A stretch of 64,000 bases of DNA from a virus. This document shows positions 17,878-26,700 of this stretch, piece by piece. Under the pieces are notes generated by a model, which searched no databases, was not told the DNA's origin, and saw only the letters and a program-made list of their open reading frames with translations. A program made the translations under genes and the position numbers. The stretch lies in the IMG/VR virus record IMGVR_UViG_3300032236_000679, positions 32,001-96,000 of that record; one strand, given 5' to 3'. Numbering within the stretch: position 1 is the stretch's first letter; each line of letters begins with the position of its first letter.

Positions 17878-19077
17878 TTATGAGAATGCCAAGTTGCTTA
17901 CGTTGATTTCACTTAGGTAGTCACCTGCGTTACCGAATGATGATGCTACGTTAGTTAATTCAATGTAACCATAACGTGTCATAAAGCCAACTACTGGTTC
18001 GAAAGTAGCAGGATCAAGAACAACACCGCTTGACATTAGAGGAATGTATGGGCAGTAGAATGCTGCTGCGTCTGCTTCTGAAGTACCCTTATAACCAACA
18101 AGCACAGGGATTGTGTCGTCAGCATATGAGTCAACATAAACACGCATTGAACCATTTAGTGTACCAACAAACTTAGTGTTAGTTGGGGCTTCAAATGAAC
18201 CTTCAGTAGTACGAGCAAATGCTGAAGTAGTTGCACTCTGTAGAACTGTTAGAACAGTTGGAGATACAACGCACCAGTTACCAGCACCACGACGTGTGCG
18301 CTGGGCAATTAGGTTAGCAGCACGGTTGATTAGAACTGCTAGAGCAGCATGTTCGTCACCAACGAATGTTGCAGTACCACTTACAGTTGCCTGGTTGAAT
18401 GAGAATTCATTAGCAGCAAGTGAACGTAGGCTGTATAGGATTTCCTGATCGATTTCAGCAGTAATTTCCTGGGCAAGAGCTGCCATGATTTCTGCTTCAA
18501 TGTCAAGACCATGCATTGCCTGTGCGTCCTGTGCGGCTTCGAAAGTCCAGCGAGCTGATAGCTTGCGAGTCTTTGCTTCAACAGGCTGCTTTAGGATCTG
18601 GACGTTTAGCTTACGACCAGGAACACCTTCCATTGAACCTGTAGTACCTGCACGACCGTCAGTACTTGTTACACCAGATGCTGTTCCAGAATAGCCTGAA
18701 GCAATCTTGAATGGGCTTAGAGCCTCGTCGCCGATTGAAACATCAGTACCTGCCTGGCCGCTTGCGCTGCTAGTGAAACCTTCAGCATAACGAACACGTA
18801 GAGTATGAATCTGTGCTACTGGACCTGTCATTGGCTGTACGCCAACGATTTCGTTAGCAATAACAGTTGGCATAACACGTCGAATAACGGGTAGGATAAC
18901 ACGGTTAAGTGTTGCGACATTACCTGCAGAAGTTGCACCAACGGATGCATTTTCTGTTAGATAACGACGAGTATTCTCGAGCACCATGCTCATTGTAGTC
19001 TTACGATTGCCGGTGAGACCTTCTAGCAATGCATTCTTTGTCTCGCCCCAACGTCCTTCTAGTAATTCTTGTGACAT
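17878..19077 (-). CDS. gp23: Major capsid protein, T4 gp23 family
   Basis: LPVIRRVMPTVIANEIVGVQPMTGPV, VEAKTRKLSARWTFEAAQD...HGLDIEAEIMAALAQEITAEIDQEI, AFYCPYIPL, FEPVVGFMTRYG. Confidence 0.95.
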   Translation of the reverse strand: MSQELLEGRWGETKNALLEGLTGNRKTTMSMVLENTRRYLTENASVGATSAGNVATLNRVILPVIRRVMPTVIANEIVGVQPMTGPVAQIHTLRVRYAEGFTSSASGQAGTDVSIGDEALSPFKIASGYSGTASGVTSTDGRAGTTGSMEGVPGRKLNVQILKQPVEAKTRKLSARWTFEAAQDAQAMHGLDIEAEIMAALAQEITAEIDQEILYSLRSLAANEFSFNQATVSGTATFVGDEHAALAVLINRAANLIAQRTRRGAGNWCVVSPTVLTVLQSATTSAFARTTEGSFEAPTNTKFVGTLNGSMRVYVDSYADDTIPVLVGYKGTSEADAAAFYCPYIPLMSSGVVLDPATFEPVVGFMTRYGYIELTNVASSFGNAGDYLSEINVSNLAFS

Positions 19078-19104
19078 TTTACCTTTTCTCCAATTATTTG
19101 TAAG

Positions 19105-20196
19105 TTATTTTGTCAATCCTGCCAAGCGACGAATGTCGAAAACATTGTTCGAAGCCTGTTCAGTTTTAGTTGTTCTATCCCCAGTTACTTCAGTCTTTGA
19201 TTCTGTTACAACAGTCTTTGCTGCAACAGGAGCATGTCCTTCCATGACAGGAGTTAGATATTTCTTAAATGCGGCCTCTAAGCGATCAGTTGGAGTTGAC
19301 TCCAAGAGTTGCTTCATGACGTTGGCCTTATCTTTGCTGAGTGGCTTCATTAATTCATCAATCTTGCGAGTACGCTCCATTGATTCATTGATTCTGCGAA
19401 TCTCAGTTTCTTTAGCCTGTGCCTTAGCTTCGGCTAATTCTGCTGCCTGACGGGCTTCTGAAAGCTGCATTTCAATACGATCAAGTATTGTCTGCATCTT
19501 CTTTACCTCTGCACGCTCATTGAGGTGTGTGGCAGTAAACTCGGTTGCAAATGCTTCAAAAATTCTACGTCCAAAATTATTTTCTTTTGCTTCCTGAATG
19601 TCTTCTCTTAACTGCTTGAGTTCTGTACGTAAGGTTTGATCAGTTACATTTTCTACTAGAGTTGAAGCACGACTAATGAATGTTTCACTTAGTTTCTTTA
19701 ACTTAGCCTTGCCTTCTACTACAAGTTGAACCTTTGCACGAGCCAAGTCTGCCTTATCTTCAGCAAACTCAACAATCTCCTTGCGGAGACCTTCTGTTAC
19801 AAATTCGTCTAACTTTGCTGTTGCTGCCTTAATAGCAGCACGATCAGCATGAAGTTCAGCTACTTCTCTTGCAAGACTCTCATTTAGATAATCTTCAAAC
19901 TTAGCAGCCTTAGCCATCATTGCCTGTGTAAACTTTACACGATCTTCAGCAATAGTAGCACGTTCAGCAGCAATCTTTTCGACTTCTGCTGATAGTGTAT
20001 CTGATACCATACGATCGAGAGCCTCAACCATTGTTGACTTATCGTGTGCATAACGATTAGCCATTTCTTCACGGATTTCTGCACGAATTACACTGCGAGC
20101 CTCTTCTAACTTGGTATTCCAAGCAGTTTCTAGTACTTCGCGAGTTTCTTCGTTCAGGATGCCGCTTTCAATTAATGGTTTTAATGCTTCGAACAT
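19105..20196 (-). CDS. gp22: Prohead scaffold/core protein, gp22-like
   Basis: Charged alpha-helical coiled-coil composition; lies between protease and MCP as in T4. Confidence 0.75.
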   Translation of the reverse strand: MFEALKPLIESGILNEETREVLETAWNTKLEEARSVIRAEIREEMANRYAHDKSTMVEALDRMVSDTLSAEVEKIAAERATIAEDRVKFTQAMMAKAAKFEDYLNESLAREVAELHADRAAIKAATAKLDEFVTEGLRKEIVEFAEDKADLARAKVQLVVEGKAKLKKLSETFISRASTLVENVTDQTLRTELKQLREDIQEAKENNFGRRIFEAFATEFTATHLNERAEVKKMQTILDRIEMQLSEARQAAELAEAKAQAKETEIRRINESMERTRKIDELMKPLSKDKANVMKQLLESTPTDRLEAAFKKYLTPVMEGHAPVAAKTVVTESKTEVTGDRTTKTEQASNNVFDIRRLAGLTK

Positions 20197-20216
20197 TTAA
20201 TTCTCCTGAAACCTTA

Positions 20217-20843
20217 TTATATCTTTAATTCGTTGATTAATCTTGCAACTTCCGATGCAAGATACTTTTGTACTTTTGGATCTGAATTTAGATCTTTTGC
20301 CATTTCAAACACACGGTGCCCGCCACGCATATTCATGAGACCTTCATAAACTGCTGTTGGATAAGCACTTGGTGCGCTTGGCTGTGCAACAATGTCTACA
20401 GTCACGATATCGAAGTTGCTAACTGTGCCTGAGCCTTCATTAACATCTCCGCTACCGCGACTGCTTACTCCCAATTTCACACCACTTTCTAACATGGTGC
20501 GTACGATATTACCCATTGGTGTTGGTAATATCTTCATCTTTCCACAGCCTTTTGCGCCATCTAACCACATCTCGGTGATCATGTGACTTACACGGTCAAG
20601 GTTGATGCGCAGATTAGCGGGATGATCCACTTCACCTAGCACAGAATAACCTTTACTAATCTGCTCGTTTAGATTGCTCACTGCTCTGGCGATCTCGTTA
20701 GCAGGGTAAACACGCTGATTAGCATTGCGTACCCCACCTTCAATGAAGATGCCCTTCATAAACAAATCCTTGCCTTCATTGACCTTTACTGTTTCAATTT
20801 GGGCCTGATCAAAGCTTAGATTCTCAATTAAAAAAGGCTTCAT
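20217..20843 (-). CDS. gp21: Prohead maturation protease, gp21 family
   Basis: GIFIEGGVRNANQRVYP, LGEVDHP..L.INLDRVSH.IT, LGVSSRGSG (catalytic Ser region), DIVAQPSAP.A. Confidence 0.92.
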   Translation of the reverse strand: MKPFLIENLSFDQAQIETVKVNEGKDLFMKGIFIEGGVRNANQRVYPANEIARAVSNLNEQISKGYSVLGEVDHPANLRINLDRVSHMITEMWLDGAKGCGKMKILPTPMGNIVRTMLESGVKLGVSSRGSGDVNEGSGTVSNFDIVTVDIVAQPSAPSAYPTAVYEGLMNMRGGHRVFEMAKDLNSDPKVQKYLASEVARLINELKI

Positions 20844-20852
20844 CGTTTATCC

Positions 20853-21647
20853 TTACTTAATGTTTACTGATGTCTTGTTAATGCCTGATGGCTCACTGTT
20901 AGTGGGCTTCTTAGCACCTGAGAAAGTCTTACCAGCATTTGCACCAGGAACATTTTCAAAAGAACCTGCACCTGGAAGTTTGCCTTCGCCCTTGCTATAA
21001 GCATTGCTTGGCTTCTTATAAGCGCCGCCTTCTGGAGCACTGTCAGCTTTGCCATTTGCAATGTTCTTTGCAGAACCGCCCATGTCGTTCTTACCAGCAA
21101 CAGTTGACTTGCTGTTAGTTGTACCACCAATTGAACCAGCGCCTACGCCCTGACCTTCAGTGTTACCAGGTGTTGCAACCTTTTCAACATACTCACGAAC
21201 GAAACCAACGCCCATGCCTTCTGCTGGCATCTCGTCACCCATACCGCCCATGTCACCCATGTCGCTATGCTCTGGCTCACCCTGTTCGTCTGCCATTAGC
21301 TTTTCAAACTCAGCCTTAAGATCGTCAAGTGCGTCTTCAAGATCAACTACACGATCTTCTAGACCATCTTCACCACCCTCTTCGCCGTCCATGTCCATAT
21401 CCATGTCGTCGCCTTCAGCGTCTTCTTCATCGCCGTCTTCGCCGTCTATGCCTTCTTCGTCTGCAGAAATGTCACCCATCATGTCATCGGTCTGATCCAT
21501 TGACATGTTGTCTTCTTCATCTTCTGCTACTAATTCGTTATAAATTTCACGTGACTTCTCAACAACTACACTGTGAAAAAGCTCATTTGCCTTTTCAGTC
21601 TCGTCATTGATGATATACTCAATCAATTGTTCAAACTTATTTCGCAT
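20853..21647 (-). CDS. Acidic prohead core protein (positional analogue of T4 gp68/gp67)
   Basis: Very D/E/M-rich N-terminal half and G/K/S/N-rich C-terminal half; lies between portal and protease. Confidence 0.55.
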   Translation of the reverse strand: MRNKFEQLIEYIINDETEKANELFHSVVVEKSREIYNELVAEDEEDNMSMDQTDDMMGDISADEEGIDGEDGDEEDAEGDDMDMDMDGEEGGEDGLEDRVVDLEDALDDLKAEFEKLMADEQGEPEHSDMGDMGGMGDEMPAEGMGVGFVREYVEKVATPGNTEGQGVGAGSIGGTTNSKSTVAGKNDMGGSAKNIANGKADSAPEGGAYKKPSNAYSKGEGKLPGAGSFENVPGANAGKTFSGAKKPTNSEPSGINKTSVNIK

Positions 21648-21754
21648 GTATCGCTCCTAATAGGTTAATTCTATGCTGTGAAGTTATTTACAGCGTAGTT
21701 TATATATCAGGGTAAAATAGGGTTATTTTGAATGATTTGATTAAGATACGTCTA

Positions 21755-21973
21755 TTATGCTGGCGGAGCAGCAGGCTGGCCATACATTGTCTTAACTTTT
21801 TCTAAATTTTCTTTATATTCAAGTGTACGCTGATCATTCATTTTGCGTAACTGATTAATTTGCGCAAGAGTAAGTTTTGTCTTACGCAAATCTTCAATCT
21901 TATTCTGGCTCTTGTCATTGGAAAGAGTTTGATAACCTTTTTTATATTCGTTAAACATTTCTGACAAGAACAT
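21755..21973 (-). CDS. Small hypothetical head-module protein, 72 aa
   Basis: Co-oriented between portal and core genes. Perfect TATAAATA at 21994-22001 upstream. Confidence 0.6.
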   Translation of the reverse strand: MFLSEMFNEYKKGYQTLSNDKSQNKIEDLRKTKLTLAQINQLRKMNDQRTLEYKENLEKVKTMYGQPAAPPA

Positions 21974-21993
21974 TGCTATTAATCCTACAAATC

Positions 21994-22001
21994 TATTTAT
22001 A
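21994..22001 (-). promoter_or_regulatory. T4-type late promoter TATAAATA
   Basis: Perfect consensus overlapping the portal stop codon. Related cores at 21685-21690, 23775-23781 and 32643-32648. Confidence 0.75.
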
Positions 22002-23757
22002 ATGCAAGACTAGGTTCTGAGCCACCAGGTGCTGTTGGAGCAGGTGCACCGCCAGGAGATCCAGGTGCACCACCTTGACTAATTCCAGGCTCTGTACCTG
22101 GAGGTGCTTCTGCGCCTGCTTCTGCTGATAGATCGCCAATAGTATCTAAATCACCAGTAATGCCACCAGGAGTGATACCAACATTTCTCATATCAGCACC
22201 AGTTGCTCCGGGAGATTCAGGAGTACCACGCTCTTCATGCCACCACTTCTCGTTCTCTGTCATTTCAATTTCACTTAAACCAAGATACTTTTTAAGCATA
22301 AAACGCTTGGATAAAAATTCAGTATCTTTAACACCACTAAATGCTTGAATACGTTGTGCATTAAGTTCAATGTCACGATAAGCAGCAAAGTTTTGTGGTT
22401 CATTAAAACGTAATTCAAACAAACTACTATCAATATTAAATCCGCGCCACTTTAAGAATAACTTGAATTCTTCATCAAACTTACTGCTGATATACTTCTG
22501 TAATCGCTTGCAATACTCATTGAAACGATATTCTTGAATTAATGCTGTAGTTACTTTACCATCTGTAAATGCACGGTCACTGTCTTCTGCACCTGTTGGC
22601 AAGTAACTGCTAGGAATGCGAAGACCACGATATAACTTGTTCTGAAAATACTTTAAGTCGTCAATCTCACCTAAATTCTGACCACCTGGTAATACTTCAA
22701 CTTTACTACCACGACCTTCAGCAGTTTGCGGGAAGAAATAATCTTCATTGATAGACAATGGATTATAACTTGCATCCATTAAATTAGATCCGCCGCCGCT
22801 CTGTGTAGGTATACGACGCTGATGAATTTCATTCTTAACACGCTCTAAGAATGACATCTGCATGTGTGCAGGCATGTTACCTACATCAATGTAGAACACA
22901 CGACGCTCAGGAGCACGTTGTACACGGTAAATTAGCAATGAATCTTCAAGCAATTCTTTCTGTTTGAATACTTTAAAAATACCCTCAAGTATGCTTACAC
23001 CAAATGGCCAGTTAACATCAAGCCCTTCAGTTAAACTAATATGAACAACATGCTCTGCTTCAACTGGAAATTCATTGTTGCCAGCACCGAAACGTGTGTT
23101 AGGACTAAAAAGTTCACCGCCTGCTGTATAACTTCTGCTGCCACCCATGTAAGGAGCATGAGCATAAGTGTCATTGGGACCAGGTGGTCTTGTAATTGTA
23201 TCGTTTTGTAGATTAGGAGCAAGATCACGTACATAATAAACTTCAGGAACTTTACCTGCTGATTCGTTAACAATAATTTTGCTAACACGATTCATTTCAC
23301 TCCAGTACCACTTATAAGTTTCTGGGTCACGAATGAATACTTGATCTCCATACTTCAAAACATTACGGAAGATTTTAAAGATTTTCTTATCAAAATCATT
23401 TAAACTATACCAACTAGTAAGTTGCTCTTTTAAAATTGTAATTTCATTTTCAGTTGCTTCGTCATTGAAATGAAACTCAAATGCTGTTTTTGTATCTTCA
23501 GCATTTTGTGTACAGAACTCTGCTAAAATATCCAATGCTGCATTTACTTCACTGTCGAGATCCATATTTTCGTATTGTGTATAACGATCAACACGATTTG
23601 GATGGCCGCTATAGATATCAGGCAACATGCTTTGATAATTTCTAAAAGCAGCATTTGCCTGACTATCTAAATATCCAAAACTATAGTTTGCAGTACTTCC
23701 ATTCACTGGACTCATACTACCGTCAGTTACGACACGAAAATGTTTTTTCCAAGACAT
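21997..23757 (-). CDS. gp20: Portal vertex protein, T4 gp20 family
   Basis: YENMDLDSEVNAALDI, LEDSLLIYRVQRAPERRVFYIDVGNMP, EDYFFPQTAEGRGSKVEVLPGGQNLGEIDDLKYFQNKLYRGLRIP.SYL. Confidence 0.95.
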   Translation of the reverse strand: MSWKKHFRVVTDGSMSPVNGSTANYSFGYLDSQANAAFRNYQSMLPDIYSGHPNRVDRYTQYENMDLDSEVNAALDILAEFCTQNAEDTKTAFEFHFNDEATENEITILKEQLTSWYSLNDFDKKIFKIFRNVLKYGDQVFIRDPETYKWYWSEMNRVSKIIVNESAGKVPEVYYVRDLAPNLQNDTITRPPGPNDTYAHAPYMGGSRSYTAGGELFSPNTRFGAGNNEFPVEAEHVVHISLTEGLDVNWPFGVSILEGIFKVFKQKELLEDSLLIYRVQRAPERRVFYIDVGNMPAHMQMSFLERVKNEIHQRRIPTQSGGGSNLMDASYNPLSINEDYFFPQTAEGRGSKVEVLPGGQNLGEIDDLKYFQNKLYRGLRIPSSYLPTGAEDSDRAFTDGKVTTALIQEYRFNEYCKRLQKYISSKFDEEFKLFLKWRGFNIDSSLFELRFNEPQNFAAYRDIELNAQRIQAFSGVKDTEFLSKRFMLKKYLGLSEIEMTENEKWWHEERGTPESPGATGADMRNVGITPGGITGDLDTIGDLSAEAGAEAPPGTEPGISQGGAPGSPGGAPAPTAPGGSEPSLAL

Positions 23758-23782
23758 ACTAATTTCCTATTGTATATTTAAC

Positions 23783-26700
23783 TTATAATACCGCCTGATA
23801 TGTATTTCTTGTATTTGTAGATACATTTCGTATTCCATCATTTAGGTCTTCTAATAATGCAACCATTTGTCCCATTTGTTTTGCTAATACTGCTGTAATA
23901 TCAGGTTTATCAGGATTAGCAACTTCTACCATTGTATTTCTCATCTCTGCTGCTGCTGTTAACAGTCTGGTCTGTTGCTCTGCTTGTTCAGCAGTACGTT
24001 GAGTAGATGCTTCAGTTAAACCTTCAATAGTGCTCTTCTGCATCTGCAATGGGTCAGGCATAACTGTAGTTGGCTCATTTGGAGCAACTTTGATACTGTT
24101 GCTAATTTCAGCCATTGACTGTTGTATTGCATCAGCAGATGCACTAGTTGGAGTTGCAACAGCAGCAACATCATCCATCTTTTCCAACATTGCTTTCTGA
24201 TCAGATTTTGTCTGATCAGCATTTCTATTCATATCAATGATTGGAGCCACTAAATCTTTAATTTGACTTTCAGGAGTGACTATCTTAGCAGCCTGTTCTG
24301 TTGTTGATTTCTTTAATTCTTCTTCAACTTTCTTTCTGTAAAGACCAATTACTTGTGGGTTATATGCATCTTCACCAATTTGTATACGGTTGCCGCCTCT
24401 TGCTCCACCAGCAAACTTCTTAAGTTCTTCCTTTGTATATCCAAACTCATCAATAAGTGCTTTGATAGCACCCTGCATTTGCACTGAACTATTTTCAAAA
24501 TCACCTGTTGCAAACAGTGTTCCTTTATTAAATTCAGCAGGTAAACCAGCAATAATATTAGCAAGAGCAAGTTGAGCATTTAATTGATCCTTGCTATATT
24601 GATCAATTGATGCTTTTAGGGCTTCGGATTGCTTCTGTACTTCAGGATCAGAATATGCTGTTCTACGTGTATCAGCTGCATAATCAAGAGCAGTTGCAGG
24701 TAACTGTATATCACCTTTACCATGTTCTGCAATTAATGCTGCTTGCTTTGCTTCTAAATCTTTACGTGTTGCTTGTGCATCAGCAAATTGACTCTTTGCT
24801 GCTTGTTCAAGTGCAAGTTTTTCAGGACTAATTGTTGCTTCTGCTCTTGCACTAACTTGCTGAGGAACTGGCTTTGGCTCTTCTTTGTTTGGTTTAGCAA
24901 CAGCGACAACTTCTTCTAACTTGTCCAACATTACTTTTTGACCATCAAACCCCATATAGCCTTTGATATTATTAGCAAAGTCTCTAATTGGTGTAATAGT
25001 TTCTAGTATATCTGCATTAGATTCGTTTTTATCATATCCCAACTTTTGTAAAATCTCTGGAGGAATTGCAGTACCTTGAGCAGATGGCATTGCTTTAACT
25101 GCTGCTGGGCGATCTTCTGGTGCTAAAGCATCTCGCATTTGACGCGGACTTTGTGTCCCAGCCAAATAATTGCTCGGCATTACTGCCGAATCTAACAGTG
25201 CTTTGTGCAGTTCTTCAGGTGAAAAACTGCTTTCAACTTTTTCTTCTGGCTTTTCTTCCGGTGTTAACTGTTTAAGAACATCAACAGGAATTGCACTACC
25301 TTGTTTGTCAGGTTGTGTTACAACTTGTGCTTTAGCAGCCCTACCTTCTTCAGCATTCTTTTTAAGTTCTTCATCAACTAGTTTCTTATAAAGTCCAACA
25401 ACTCGTAAAGAATATGAATCTTCACCAATTGTTAAACTATTACTTGTATTAGCGCCGCCACCAAATTGTTTAAGTGCTTCTTTACTATATCCAAACTTAT
25501 CAATTAGTGCTTGTACTGCGGCTTCATCTTGTCTTAATCCACCTCTTCCAGTACCAAACTCACTATTCTTATTAAATTCAGATGGTAATCCAGCAATAAC
25601 ATTTCTCAACTGCTTTTGAATTTCAATTTGATCTGAATTAAACTGATAAATTGATTTTTGAATTTCTTCTGCTTGCTTCTGTAACTCTGGATCTGAATAT
25701 CCTTTTCTAACTGTGTCTGATGCAAAATCAGCCATAGTTGGTTTTAGTGTTACATCAGGAGCACCGTGTTGAGCAATAAATGCAGCCTGCTTTGCTTCCA
25801 TTTCTATCATTGCTGCATTTGCATCTGTGTACTGTGCTTTTAATCCTTGCTCCAATGCAGTAGTATCTACTGTTGGAGTCATAGTTGCTTTAACAGGTGT
25901 AGCCGCTGCTGTTGCTGCTGCTTTTGATGCTTCAGCAGCCATTCTCTTTTGTTCGTCTAAGAATCCACTAGCAGCATCTAATCCTGCTTTACTTGCTTCA
26001 ACTGCTGCTGTCTTACCTTCGTCATTTAACTTTAAGTAAGTTGATCTTAAATCAACATTTGTCTTTAGTAATTCTTTAAGTGCATCAGTAAGTTCAGGAC
26101 CGCCTCTTATTTCTAATAAGTTACCCTGCTCATCAAATCTTTCACCAGTCTTAGTGTTAAGTTTTGACTTGTCTTTAAGAGTCCAAGTATCTTCACCTGG
26201 CATTGCTTGAGCAACTGCTTGCTGCCCAGTTAAGCCATATTTCTTAATAATTTCAGCACGACTGAGTGTTGTATCTTGATTAGGATTATTGCGTTGTGCA
26301 AATGTACTTGCGGCTTCTCTTCTTAGATCAAGATCAGATTTACCTTGATCTCGTTGTTGAAGTTTTGCAAAGCCTGGATCTTCTGCAATTTTTTCTGACG
26401 CTACTTCTAACCCTTTAAATGCTGCTACACCAGCAACAACGGGTGCTGCAATTAATGCTGCGCCTGCTACCATAGATCCTGCAGATATTGCAGCAGCGCC
26501 TTCAACCGCAGCAGCACCTGCAACTAATGCTGTTTCAGCAGCAACAGCAGTTCCTGCTACTGCGGATCCTGCTCCTGTAATTAAACCAATCGCACCTTTA
26601 ACTGCACCACCAAGTGCGCCTAAACTACTAGCGCCAAATGCTAATCCAGCAATGCCAAGTGCAACCTCTCCAACAACTTTACCAATTTCTAATGCTTTTT

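Noticed and set aside
18176-21610. Antisense and alternate-frame ORFs over the head genes (e.g. 18986..19450, 21160..21495, 21329..21610)
   Set aside because: These are shadow ORFs of biased codon usage, with no SD, promoter or recognisable motifs. The same applies to the other 60-140 aa overlapping ORFs in the track.
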